Shown here: one piece after another, positions 18,781 through 28,449 of the stretch
How the letters are laid out: every line of letters starts with the position of its first letter
Numbering within the stretch: position 1 is the first letter of the stretch
Assembly: GCA_021513695.1 (NCBI GenBank)
Contig: CP084166.1
Location: forward strand, 1,024,001 to 1,088,000
DNA length: 64,000 bases
Direction: 5' to 3'
DNA from: Candidatus Heimdallarchaeum aukensis
GTDB lineage: Archaea > Asgardarchaeota > Heimdallarchaeia > Heimdallarchaeales > Heimdallarchaeaceae
Position numbers and translations under genes: made by a program
Notes under the pieces: model-generated
Database searches by the model: none
What the model was told of the DNA's origin: nothing
What the model saw: the letters and a program-made list of their open reading frames with translations, nothing else

Positions 18781-21702
18781 TTATATCAACTTCTCCTGAA
18801 TTTTTATTCTGTTTATCCCTTTGATGAAAATACTTGGATCTAGCAACTTTTTGGAATCAGGATATGGTAGATGAAATAACCTTTTTAAACTTTCAATACT
18901 AATTCCGCCTTTTTCATCTCCGTAAATGGTTAATATTCTTGAGAATTCTTTCAAATAAGAAATAGTTTCTTCAGACGATCTTTCATATGGTATTACAGTA
19001 AAAATAAGAGACGGTTGTAAATCTTTTTTAATTTCACCCTCAAGCTTTTCTTCTCTTCTCGAACCAAAAATCAACATTCCAACTATTTTTCTCTTATCTC
19101 TTCCATTATATTTCAAAGGTTCATTAATATATATAATTAATTGTCTATTTGATTTTGACTTTGGCAGTAATTTTCCAATTTCTCTTGAAGGAGTAAAAAT
19201 AGCTTTTTCATTAAAAACAAACAATGGAATTTTTAATTGTTTATTCTTTTCAAATATCCAGTCAATAATGGTATCTTCTTTACTAAGATCACTATCTTGT
19301 ATTTTTCTATTTACAGATTCAGATATAATGTCATAAGTGCTCTCCGTTCTTGAACTATGTTTAGCTCTTATTAAAATTAGAATATCTTCTTTTGCTAATT
19401 CTGATACTATTAGTGAGGCTAATTCAAAATTTATATCGCATCCTATGTTTCCAAATGAATCTTCTATAAAGTTTTCCTCCATTACATTAATTTCTCGTTC
19501 ATCAGTTAGGTGAGCATAAGCTGCGATATTTCTTATGTATCTTTGTTCTTCTTTAATTATTTCGACCCATTTTTCTGATGAAAGAGAAAGTAATAATATA
19601 TCTTTTGTTTTTATTAATTTATCAAGAGCTTTATCATGTAGAGTATATCCCGCTGTAGAAGTATTTTTTAAGGAGTGTGAAGTAAAATACCATTCATCCA
19701 TAAATAATCTTCCAAAAGCTTTATTTATATTATGATAATTTGATAAAAACTTGTACAAATAGATACCAGGTAAAGCAATTTTTTTCTCTTTGGAAGCTGT
19801 TTGATAAGTAAATAATTCTACTTTACCTATGTTATCAAAAGTATAAAATGAAAAAGGTCCATCGAAGTATTTTAAGATTTGATTTTTTGACCATACTACA
19901 TTCCCGTTTTTTCTAATACCATCTTTTGTCATCATTTGAACATTAATACGTCTTCTTGACCTATTGATTGTACTTTTATTTTGCCAGATTTTCTTTATTA
20001 TTTGCCTAATCTCTTTTTCTTTATATTCTTTTGATAAAGAATCAAAAGAAAAGCCTTGAGAATATTCGAAATATTTTGTTTCCCATGAGTGTACTCCTTT
20101 TAATAACATATAATAAAATTCATGAAAAAGACTTCTTTTTACTTTCTTCGATAAATATGGGATAAACCAAATGTTATCTCCTCCTTTTACAAATCTAAAT
20201 TCATGATTAAGCCTTGTTAAAGATTGTTTAATATCAGGGTCATTAATTAGGTATAGTATTGCACTATCTATAACTGCCTTTAAAGATGCAAAAAATCTAT
20301 AATTGTCGTTGTTTAGTCTTTCTCTCAAATCTGTATTAATTCTTTTGTGATATATTTCAATTTCTTCTGGAAAAAATTCAGTATTTGCTATAAGATAAGT
20401 GATAAATTCTTGTAATCCATATTCTTTATCTCCATACCAGATAGATGTTTTATTTTTTTCATCAATTCCTTCATTCTTTTTTAAATAAATATTTTCATGA
20501 ATAAAAACTATCAATCTTTTTGGATTTATTTGTTTGGGAGAGATGTTTATCTTTTGAATTCTTTCTAATTTCTCTTTTTTTGCGCATAAGTAATGATCAA
20601 ATTCTGGAAATTCACAATTTTCAACAATTTCCTTTAGTTTATCAAATAATTCTTCAAAATCTTTATAACTTATTTCGTTAAAACCTAAAAGTATTGAAAA
20701 AGCGAATAATTTATCTTTAATATCTTCAACCATTTCTAAGAATTCTTGGTCATTTGTATCCATTTGTTCCATTATCCATTCTTGAAGGTTAATGAGTAAA
20801 GGCAAGATTGTTTTTTCTTTATTCCAGCCTTCTCCATATATTCTGAAACAATAAAGGTTTTTATCATAATCTTCATGAAGATTAAGAAATTTTGGGCAGC
20901 TTCCTACAGAGATTAATCCAGGAAAAGAAGGAAATGACATACCTTTGAAACTATGATTTATTATTTTCTCAAACAGAGTTTTCTCTTCAGCTGATAATTT
21001 TTTAATAAATTTATCATTCTTAAGTAAGACGGTACATTCTTTCTTAAAATCTAAATATCTGTCGTATGCAGCATTACGAACTTCTTCATTTCTAATGTAT
21101 TTTATATAATATTTTACTAATTTTTTCTGAACTGGATTATTAATAATGTTTGAAAATTGCTCTGTAGCTTTAATGGAAACTTCTTCTGCTTTTAAAGCTG
21201 TTTTAAAAAATGAAATTGGAATCTCATTTTCATGAATTTTCTCATTTGCGTTTCTAAATCTTGATTCATTTTCTTGAATTTCAATATAAGAAAAAGTAGA
21301 ACCAACTTCTTCTGATTTCCATTCATCTCGCTTTGCTTTATCCCATAATGTTGCTGGATTTTCATACTTTTTTTCTTTTTTCATTAACTCTTCTTTAATT
21401 GTGATTATAACTTTGTCGCTTATCTCTAATAATGTAGTATTAGGACTTTGGACAATTCTAGATTTTAGCTTTTTCACCAGTAACCAATTTTGTAACGAGG
21501 GATCAGATATTTCATTAATTTCTTCTAATGTATTTTGATACGCTTTGTGAACTATTCTACAAAAATCATCAAAGGGATATGTTATAGTACAAAGCATATC
21601 AAAGAATTTTTTATCCTGAATATATTCTGAAATTAATTTTGAGAAGAATATAGACCAAAATTCTTTATCTATTCCTTCTGTTAGTTTTACTAATCTAGCC
21701 AC
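18781..21702 (-). CDS. Large (973 aa) hypothetical protein, first gene of the four-gene operon.
   Basis: Uninterrupted ORF with no P-loop and no motif recognised by eye. It is preceded by a 670-bp AT-rich promoter region. Confidence 0.5.
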   Translation of the reverse strand: MARLVKLTEGIDKEFWSIFFSKLISEYIQDKKFFDMLCTITYPFDDFCRIVHKAYQNTLEEINEISDPSLQNWLLVKKLKSRIVQSPNTTLLEISDKVIITIKEELMKKEKKYENPATLWDKAKRDEWKSEEVGSTFSYIEIQENESRFRNANEKIHENEIPISFFKTALKAEEVSIKATEQFSNIINNPVQKKLVKYYIKYIRNEEVRNAAYDRYLDFKKECTVLLKNDKFIKKLSAEEKTLFEKIINHSFKGMSFPSFPGLISVGSCPKFLNLHEDYDKNLYCFRIYGEGWNKEKTILPLLINLQEWIMEQMDTNDQEFLEMVEDIKDKLFAFSILLGFNEISYKDFEELFDKLKEIVENCEFPEFDHYLCAKKEKLERIQKINISPKQINPKRLIVFIHENIYLKKNEGIDEKNKTSIWYGDKEYGLQEFITYLIANTEFFPEEIEIYHKRINTDLRERLNNDNYRFFASLKAVIDSAILYLINDPDIKQSLTRLNHEFRFVKGGDNIWFIPYLSKKVKRSLFHEFYYMLLKGVHSWETKYFEYSQGFSFDSLSKEYKEKEIRQIIKKIWQNKSTINRSRRRINVQMMTKDGIRKNGNVVWSKNQILKYFDGPFSFYTFDNIGKVELFTYQTASKEKKIALPGIYLYKFLSNYHNINKAFGRLFMDEWYFTSHSLKNTSTAGYTLHDKALDKLIKTKDILLLSLSSEKWVEIIKEEQRYIRNIAAYAHLTDEREINVMEENFIEDSFGNIGCDINFELASLIVSELAKEDILILIRAKHSSRTESTYDIISESVNRKIQDSDLSKEDTIIDWIFEKNKQLKIPLFVFNEKAIFTPSREIGKLLPKSKSNRQLIIYINEPLKYNGRDKRKIVGMLIFGSRREEKLEGEIKKDLQPSLIFTVIPYERSSEETISYLKEFSRILTIYGDEKGGISIESLKRLFHLPYPDSKKLLDPSIFIKGINRIKIQEKLI

Positions 21703-22374
21703 AAACTTCTCTCCTCATAGGTAATTGTACTAAAACTTATCTTGAATGTTAAACAATTTCTTTTTTTATTTATATAATTTTTGATAATAAATGTTTTCAT
21801 CTTTTATTCATTTATTATCTGTATTCAATAAATTATTCATGAGTTTAGTTTTATCTTTTTAATATTAATCAAAAATATGCTATATGTTTAACTTTGACGA
21901 CTTAGAGTAATCTCAAATTGTTGTTATAGTAGTTAGATTTATTTTTTATTTATATTCACCCACTAAAGTTTTATTTAACTCGCTTCAACTCTTTAAATTA
22001 AATATGTCTAGTTGATAGATACATTTTCATCCTCCTATACGCTTGAAAATACTAGATGATTCTCTAGTTTAAATTATATGGTTAATGTAAGAAGATATAC
22101 AAGTTTAAATGCCATAAAACGGAGACGTTGGCCATGAAACAAAAATAAATAGAATACTGTTGTTTTCTAAGTGCAAAGAAAAATATATAGAAGTATAAAA
22201 TACAAAAATTAGTGTAAGAGAAAAATAAGAAACTCAACAAGAATTTACAAAAAGTAGTTTAGCATAAAAAATAAGAAAGTATTTTATTATGGTGCAATTG
22301 CTAAGACATGACAAAATAATATGGTTGTTTGGTGATTTAATTAGAAAAATTTAATAACCAAAGTAATTAAAAAA

Positions 22375-23127
22375 TTGAGGATGGAAATAGAGCATATTTT
22401 TTTTGACGACGGAGGAGTGCTAAACAATAATAATTTAAGAGAGAAACAGTGGCAAAAACTAATTTACGAGTTTTTTAGTCCTAAATATGGGAAAACACTA
22501 GATGATTGGAGTAAAGCAAACGAATACGCATTTCAAAGGTACTTAAAAAACTATTACAACTCAATAAAGGATGATCCTGACATAGATTATAAAGAACTAA
22601 TATCTTTCTTAGAGTTCAACTGGATTAAGGATATGTTTGTTTACCTCGATTTAATGGAGAATTTTCCAGATAAACCATTGAAGCTAGCTAGAGAAGCAGT
22701 AGTTTGGATCACACAAAGAGTGCAATCTGCTGTTCCTGGAATAGTTGAAGTCGTTAAAGAGCTAGCTAACCAGGGATATAAACTATATACGGCTTCAGCT
22801 GAAAATTCTTGGGAATTGAAAGGATATTTAAAAGGAATGGGTATAGACCACCTTTTTACCGAGTTTTATGGATTAGATGTCCTAAATAGAGCAGGAAAAG
22901 ATACTATTTTTTATAAACGTATGTTTGAACATGCTGGCGTGGAACCTAAAAATTCTATAGTTATTGACGATAGACCCAACAAGTTGTATTTTGCAAAAGA
23001 AACAGGAGCAACAGTAATACAGTCTAGAGTGTTAAAAGAGCATGATGTGGCAGTGAAATACTTTTATGAAAGAGCGGAAGAACTACTACCTCTTATTGAA
23101 AAAATTAACAACACAAATAAACTATGA
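22375..23127 (+). CDS. HAD-superfamily hydrolase. An ATG at 22381 preceded by GAGG may be the real start.
   Basis: Motif I IFFDDGGVL (DxDG) and motif IV-like VIDDRPNKL. Confidence 0.55.
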   Translation: MRMEIEHIFFDDGGVLNNNNLREKQWQKLIYEFFSPKYGKTLDDWSKANEYAFQRYLKNYYNSIKDDPDIDYKELISFLEFNWIKDMFVYLDLMENFPDKPLKLAREAVVWITQRVQSAVPGIVEVVKELANQGYKLYTASAENSWELKGYLKGMGIDHLFTEFYGLDVLNRAGKDTIFYKRMFEHAGVEPKNSIVIDDRPNKLYFAKETGATVIQSRVLKEHDVAVKYFYERAEELLPLIEKINNTNKL

Positions 23128-23185
23128 AAAATTAAAGTGTAGAAACTAAAACAAATAAAAAATGAAAAAAAATTCTTCAAAATTT

Positions 23186-23995
23186 CTATTCTTTTACGAA
23201 AGATTGATGGCCAAAGATAATTATTACCAATAACGCGTAGACAAAGAAAAGAACTGATCTTACTATTTCTGTTTTATCACCTAAATCAAACATTTCTCCA
23301 AAGAGGTTAACAAAAAAATGAAAGAAAATAACTGCTAAAATACTTCTGTTAGTGTTGTTAAATACCCAAGTTATTAATATAGATTGGATTATTATGTTGA
23401 ACATAAATAACCAAAATTGATAACTATTGAACCCTAACTCATTTTGATAAGTTCCTTTAATGAAAAAAAGTGGAATATGCCAAACAGCCCAAATGAGACC
23501 AAGGAATAAACTGGATAGCAAAGCGGAAAAATTAAGTTGTAATTTGTCTAAAGCATATCCTCTCCACCCTACTTCTTCGAAAAAAACAGCAACAAGGTTC
23601 AAGCTTATTGTTACAAAAATTAGACTTGGATTTGTAAAAAAATTTCTTATTCCAGTAAAATTACTCTCACCAAATTTAAAAAGATAAGCTATTAGAATTG
23701 CTAATAGTGAAGCTGATAAAGTAACAACTATTATAATGCCAAACCAAGAAAAACCAATACGACTAAAATTAATAACTCTTTTCCAAAATTCTTTTTTGTT
23801 ACTTTCTTTGTTTAAATAGAGAAGAATAAGAGAAACAACAGAAGGGCCTGTTCCTCCAAGAATATAGAAAATGACAGTAGGAAATTGAAGAGCTTCTTTT
23901 TTGGAGAATATAGCAATAAACCAAAAAGACCAGGAATAAATTAAGGTAAAAGCTAAATAAGACCAAGGAGAAAAAAAAACATTTTTTTCTAACAT
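23186..23995 (-). CDS. CPBP-family intramembrane metalloprotease (CAAX protease type).
   Basis: FFEEVGWRGY gives EExxxR, LIWAVWHIP gives FxxxH, and FFHFFVN gives HxxxN. Multiple transmembrane helices. Confidence 0.8.
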   Translation of the reverse strand: MLEKNVFFSPWSYLAFTLIYSWSFWFIAIFSKKEALQFPTVIFYILGGTGPSVVSLILLYLNKESNKKEFWKRVINFSRIGFSWFGIIIVVTLSASLLAILIAYLFKFGESNFTGIRNFFTNPSLIFVTISLNLVAVFFEEVGWRGYALDKLQLNFSALLSSLFLGLIWAVWHIPLFFIKGTYQNELGFNSYQFWLFMFNIIIQSILITWVFNNTNRSILAVIFFHFFVNLFGEMFDLGDKTEIVRSVLFFVYALLVIIIFGHQSFVKE

Positions 23996-24187
23996 TTAAT
24001 GTCAATTCAAATAAATCTTATTTAATTATTACCATTTGATTTTTAGAATTAGAAAGTTTCATTGAATTACATTTTCAAAGCTCTAAAATAAGAGAATTTC
24101 TGAAAAATTAGTTTTTTAATATTACAAAAAAGAAAGGAGAAGAAAAAAAAGAAACTTATTTGGTTATAATCTAAACCTTTGTAGAAT

Positions 24188-25369
24188 TTAGAGTAAATTC
24201 AAGGATTTGTGCTTTTCTACAATAGTTTGTACTAACTGATCTAGCGCTTTGAAATCCTCTTCTTTTGGATAGCCTTTACAGTATACTGGAGTTAGAATTT
24301 CGGCACTTTTTAATTTAGGAACCATAGCAACTACTTGTTTTACAGTATTTGAAAACCAGCCGTAGGAACCTATTACAGTTATGAATTTTATTTTTGGTCT
24401 AATAGCATTCAGTAGATAGGTTGCATAAACTGCAAGAGGATGAGGACCTGCATGTACAGTGGGTGTTCCAAGAACAACAGTAGCTGCTCCCACAAGATTA
24501 ATAGCAAGTTTACCTATATCTCCTCCTACTAAATCGAATTGATAAGCTGTTATACCTTCTTCAGCTAACTTTCCTACAAGGTATTCTACCATTTTTCTAG
24601 TTGTCCCGTGCATAGAAACATAAGGAATGACAACCAGATTCTCTCTTTTGTCAGAGATCCATTCTTCATAAGCATTGAGGATAAATTCTGGTTTATCATA
24701 AATAGGCCCGTGACTCGGGCAGATAAGTTTTATGTCTAACTCTGCAATTTTAGCCATATTACGCTTTATAATGTTACTAAATGGCATCATTATTTCTGCA
24801 AAATATCTTTTGGCAGCTTCGTAGACCAACCCCTCGTCAGTGACGTAAAGATCAGTTGTTGCTATATGTGAACCAAAGAAATCACATGAAAAAAGAATTT
24901 TGTCTTCAACTAAATAACTAACCATTGTTTCAGGCCAATGAACCCAAGGAGTATGAATAAAACGTAAAGTTTTATCACCTAAGGATATTTCTTCTCCATC
25001 TTCAACTACTTTAAACTGTTCTTCTGGGATAAGAAGATGGTTTGTTAACATGTCTTTTCCTTTTTCTGTAGTAACTACAGTAGCAGAAGGAAAGAGCTCT
25101 AAAACGGCAGGAATAGCTCCTGAATGATCTTGTTCAGAGTGATGGGAGATGATGTAATCTATTTGAGAAATAGAACTTAGCTGTTCTAATAGTTTCTCTG
25201 TCATTGGTGGATCGACAGAGTCAATTAGCGCTGTTTTTTCCTTTCCTTTGATTAAGTAAGCGTTATAGCTTGTTCCATCAGGTAAAGGAATAAGGGAGTC
25301 AAAAAGCCTTCTATCCCAATCAACAGCTCCTAACCAATATACGTTTTTAATTATTTCACGCATTTTCAT
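24188..25369 (-). CDS. fprA: Flavodiiron protein (FprA-type: metallo-beta-lactamase domain plus flavodoxin domain).
   Basis: ISHHSEQDHSGA matches the H-x-E-x-D-H diiron motif. The C-terminal flavodoxin-like region reads LICPSHGPIY...VVIPYVSMHGTTRKMVEYL. Confidence 0.85.
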   Translation of the reverse strand: MKMREIIKNVYWLGAVDWDRRLFDSLIPLPDGTSYNAYLIKGKEKTALIDSVDPPMTEKLLEQLSSISQIDYIISHHSEQDHSGAIPAVLELFPSATVVTTEKGKDMLTNHLLIPEEQFKVVEDGEEISLGDKTLRFIHTPWVHWPETMVSYLVEDKILFSCDFFGSHIATTDLYVTDEGLVYEAAKRYFAEIMMPFSNIIKRNMAKIAELDIKLICPSHGPIYDKPEFILNAYEEWISDKRENLVVIPYVSMHGTTRKMVEYLVGKLAEEGITAYQFDLVGGDIGKLAINLVGAATVVLGTPTVHAGPHPLAVYATYLLNAIRPKIKFITVIGSYGWFSNTVKQVVAMVPKLKSAEILTPVYCKGYPKEEDFKALDQLVQTIVEKHKSLNLL

Positions 25370-25575
25370 AGTAAAATGAACTATTTATTATTAAAAAACA
25401 TTTCTTTTAAACAACAAATTTGAATGCTTAATTAGTCCGTCTTTTTAAATTTCTATTTTCTAAAACGTTATTTTGCCTTTCCTTTTCTCCTTTTTCTAAT
25501 CCTTTTTCACCATTTTGTTTTTGAAGCTTAGAAACGACCTTTGATTTTTTCCAGTTCTATCGTTAGTTAAGATAT

Positions 25576-26520
25576 TTATAAAATAAAATAAGTTATAACC
25601 AAGATTTCTAGTGGAAGTAGAATCAAAGCAATTAATGTTAAAATCGTTATATATCTGCTTGTTATCGTCCCATCTAAGTTAAAATAGTTAGCGTAAGCAG
25701 TATTATTTACTGCAGGAGGAGAAAGACTTTGTATTATTAAAGAAACTTGAGCAGGAATTGCTAAAGGAAAGAAAAATATGGGTATTGTTGCTAATAACCC
25801 CCCTCCAAATCTGGTGACTATTCCTCGACTAATAGCTGCTTCCTTCCATTCTTGTTTTTTTGGGAATCTGAACTTTAATCCTACTAAAGCTAACATTAAA
25901 AACATTGTTACATCTCTGAAAATATTTACTCCAATGTTATTTGGAACAACGTTTCCTAAACTAACTCTCAAGATCGCTCCGATTATTAAACCTATAGAAG
26001 GTGGAAATAAGAGCATCCCTCTCATTATTTTCCATAGAGACTTTCCTTCAGTAGAACCAAAATAAATACCAATAAAAACGCCCAAACTGTTTCTAAGGAT
26101 CACATTAACTATTAGAAAAATAGAAGCAGCGAGTAATCCATCATTACCTACTAAACCTATGATTATTGGAAAAGGGTAAAAAAGACTGTTCATAAAACTT
26201 ACTGCACTAATTTCAGCTCCTTTTTGTGTATTAGTCATATCTAGTCTGTTTCGTATCCACAACCAATCTATAATCATAGAAAAAATGCAAGTTAGAATAC
26301 CAACTAGTACAATATAACCCCAAGATATTGATGTATCATCAATTCCTAACATTACAAAAATGAGAAGAACAGGAGTAAGAATATTTAAACCAATGAAAGT
26401 CAACCATTTACTTAATTTTTCAGAGTTTTTTAAAAATTGGAGAAGAAAACCAGCTAATATTCCTCCGTAGATAGTACCTATTCTAATAGCTAGTTCAGTA
26501 ATATAATGCATTAATCTCAT
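25576..26520 (-). CDS. Polytopic membrane transporter, possibly AEC (auxin efflux carrier/Mem_trans) family.
   Basis: 314 aa with about 10 transmembrane helices and AEC-like size and topology. Weak call. Confidence 0.4.
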   Translation of the reverse strand: MRLMHYITELAIRIGTIYGGILAGFLLQFLKNSEKLSKWLTFIGLNILTPVLLIFVMLGIDDTSISWGYIVLVGILTCIFSMIIDWLWIRNRLDMTNTQKGAEISAVSFMNSLFYPFPIIIGLVGNDGLLAASIFLIVNVILRNSLGVFIGIYFGSTEGKSLWKIMRGMLLFPPSIGLIIGAILRVSLGNVVPNNIGVNIFRDVTMFLMLALVGLKFRFPKKQEWKEAAISRGIVTRFGGGLLATIPIFFFPLAIPAQVSLIIQSLSPPAVNNTAYANYFNLDGTITSRYITILTLIALILLPLEILVITYFIL

Positions 26521-26957
26521 TTCTTTGATTTTATAGTCTTTTTTAAATTTACTTTTTAACGAAATTTTAATACAAAGAGTCTATTTTACTAATGCATAAT
26601 AAAACTATTTTTCTATAGATATTAGTGAATAACTATTAAAGCATTAAATGAACTTGCAAGTTTTAACTAGGTCATCTAAATGCGAACAGAAATAAAAAAA
26701 TTGATTCTAACGAACCAGATTTACAAACATTAACCTAAGAAAAATAATATGAAAAATCAGTAAAAGATATTCAGAAACATTTATTAAAGCTCTTAGAGCA
26801 GACAGACGAGAATAAGAACTTACTTTTGTAGAATCAATGGAAGAAGAAAAAGAAGAATTAGCTATATGAACCTATTAAGACGAGCTGCAACCGAAAGAAT
26901 TGATTTAAGTTAACTATTACGAAAACTATTAATGCTAATGAAGCTATAGTTACTATA

Positions 26958-27200
26958 GTGTATATGTCAACGACAATTCAAATAAAGAAAGAGACAAAAG
27001 AAGCTCTCTTTAATATAAAAAACAGATTAGAAAGAGAATTAGGTCGTCGTTTAAGTTATGACGAGGTTATAGAATATTTATTAGAAAAAAATGAATCCAC
27101 CTTTCCAAAAAAAGTATTAAGTGAATTTGCAGGAACGCTTGAGACTGAAGCCAAAGAAATATACGCTAATTTACGGAAGGAATATAGAGAAAATGACTAG
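26958..27200 (+). CDS. Ribbon-helix-helix VapB-like antitoxin.
   Basis: 80 aa. TIQIKKETKEALFNIKNRLE resembles an RHH N-terminus. Its stop overlaps the start of the PIN gene (ATGACTAG). Confidence 0.5.
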   Translation: MYMSTTIQIKKETKEALFNIKNRLERELGRRLSYDEVIEYLLEKNESTFPKKVLSEFAGTLETEAKEIYANLRKEYREND

Positions 27201-27660
27201 TCGCTCCCTAAAAGCTAAAGCTGCAGTTGTGGATACTGGTGTTCTGTTGGAGTATTTGACTTTAGACAAGACAAAAAAAGATTCAAGAAAATATTTTAAT
27301 TATTTGAATTCAGAATTATTCCAAAATCATAATTATAAACAAATATTCATTTCTTTTTTGACAAAAACGGAACTTTTGTATATAAGTTGTAGAATAAAGG
27401 GCTGGAGAAAAGCAAAAGAGTATGTAAGCAGCCTTGTAAATTCTTTTATTATTGTATCTAATGATGAAATTGATGAACTTGCAGCTTTGATAAAATGCAA
27501 AATCCCTATTGCGCTACCTGATTGTTTTAATTTAGCAATAGCTAAAATCTATAAAATACCAGCTTACTTTCTAGAAGAAAAAGAATTATCATCCCAAACA
27601 CAAAGAAAAATAATAACTGAATTAAATATCGATTTACACATTATTCAAAAAAGAGTATAA
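27193..27660 (+). CDS. PIN-domain VapC-like toxin. The start is moved to the internal ATG at 27193.
   Basis: MTSRSLKAKAAVVDTGVLLEY gives the first Asp. TKTELLY, SNDEIDELAA and LPDCFNLAIAKIY supply the remaining acidic PIN positions. The first 24 codons of the track ORF 27121..27660 overlap the antitoxin in another frame. Confidence 0.55.
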   Translation: MTSRSLKAKAAVVDTGVLLEYLTLDKTKKDSRKYFNYLNSELFQNHNYKQIFISFLTKTELLYISCRIKGWRKAKEYVSSLVNSFIIVSNDEIDELAALIKCKIPIALPDCFNLAIAKIYKIPAYFLEEKELSSQTQRKIITELNIDLHIIQKRV

Positions 27661-28250
27661 CAGCTTTAATTCATTTCTCTTTACCACTGATTAATCACTT
27701 TCTCAGCAAAACCTAATAATTTGTCTACTTTAACCTCTGTTCCATCATCTAAAATGACTTTTCCAGTAAAATATCCAAAAACTTGATGTTGAACTGATTT
27801 AAAAATCAGCAAGTTTACTTTTGAATTTCTGTCTATAATGGGTTCGAAATCCATTTCAAATCTTCCATCATTGCTTGTGAATTTCCAAGGTTTCAAGTAA
27901 TCAGATTCATCTATGTGAAAAGTAATCTGATCAAGTTTGTGTCCTTTGTTATTGTAATAGAAAATGTTCTCTGTTGCTGCAGAAGTGTCACCAAAACCAT
28001 ATCCTATATTAAAACCTACAGAAACACCATCTTGTATTCCTGAAGCTGAACCCCAGTACCAGATGTCTTTATAAGGCCAAACTCCCCTTCCCCAATCCAA
28101 TACCGCAAAACTATTCTCTTTTTTAAAGCTATACTCTTTATTACCATATTTTACTGTCCCTTCAGTAGGCATACAGTTAATTTTTTGATTATAGTAGAAG
28201 CATTTAGGTTTATTTTTCCAAGGAGTGGCGATAACCATTGTATCCATGCC
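27655..28250. repeat. About 595-bp segmental duplication, the copy of 28425..29020 (roughly 85-88% identical).
   Basis: The 188-aa ORF 27681..28247 is near-identical to residues 156-343 of ORF 28450..29481. Similarity continues about 25 bp past the stop (ttaccactgattaatcactttctcagcaaa versus ttaccatcgattcatcactttctcagcaaa). Confidence 0.85.
27681..28247 (-). CDS. Truncated paralog, the C-terminal half of the downstream 343-aa protein.
   Basis: It starts MDTMVIATPWKNKPKCFYYNQKINCMPTEG, which is internal (NMDTMVIATP...) in the full-length copy. Confidence 0.6.
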   Translation of the reverse strand: MDTMVIATPWKNKPKCFYYNQKINCMPTEGTVKYGNKEYSFKKENSFAVLDWGRGVWPYKDIWYWGSASGIQDGVSVGFNIGYGFGDTSAATENIFYYNNKGHKLDQITFHIDESDYLKPWKFTSNDGRFEMDFEPIIDRNSKVNLLIFKSVQHQVFGYFTGKVILDDGTEVKVDKLLGFAEKVINQW

Positions 28251-28449
28251 TTTATAGATTCACAATAGTAAGCAACAGAAAAATTGATTTACGATAGCAA
28301 CTCCGAAATTTTATAACACTAGCTACGATCTATAATATTGCTTACTTTCTGAACTAAAAAAGTAATCTTGCTCAATAAAAGGAAGTTATAACTAAACTAA
28401 ATATCACTTGACATAAGAAAAAAAATTAATCAATTTTGTTTCACGTTTT

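Noticed and set aside
15538-19735. Short antisense ORFs (15538..15741, 16936..17163, 17725..17910, 17990..18187, 19535..19735) inside the two giant minus-strand genes.
   Set aside because: They are fully embedded opposite long, well-supported ORFs. AT-rich sequence yields such open frames by chance.
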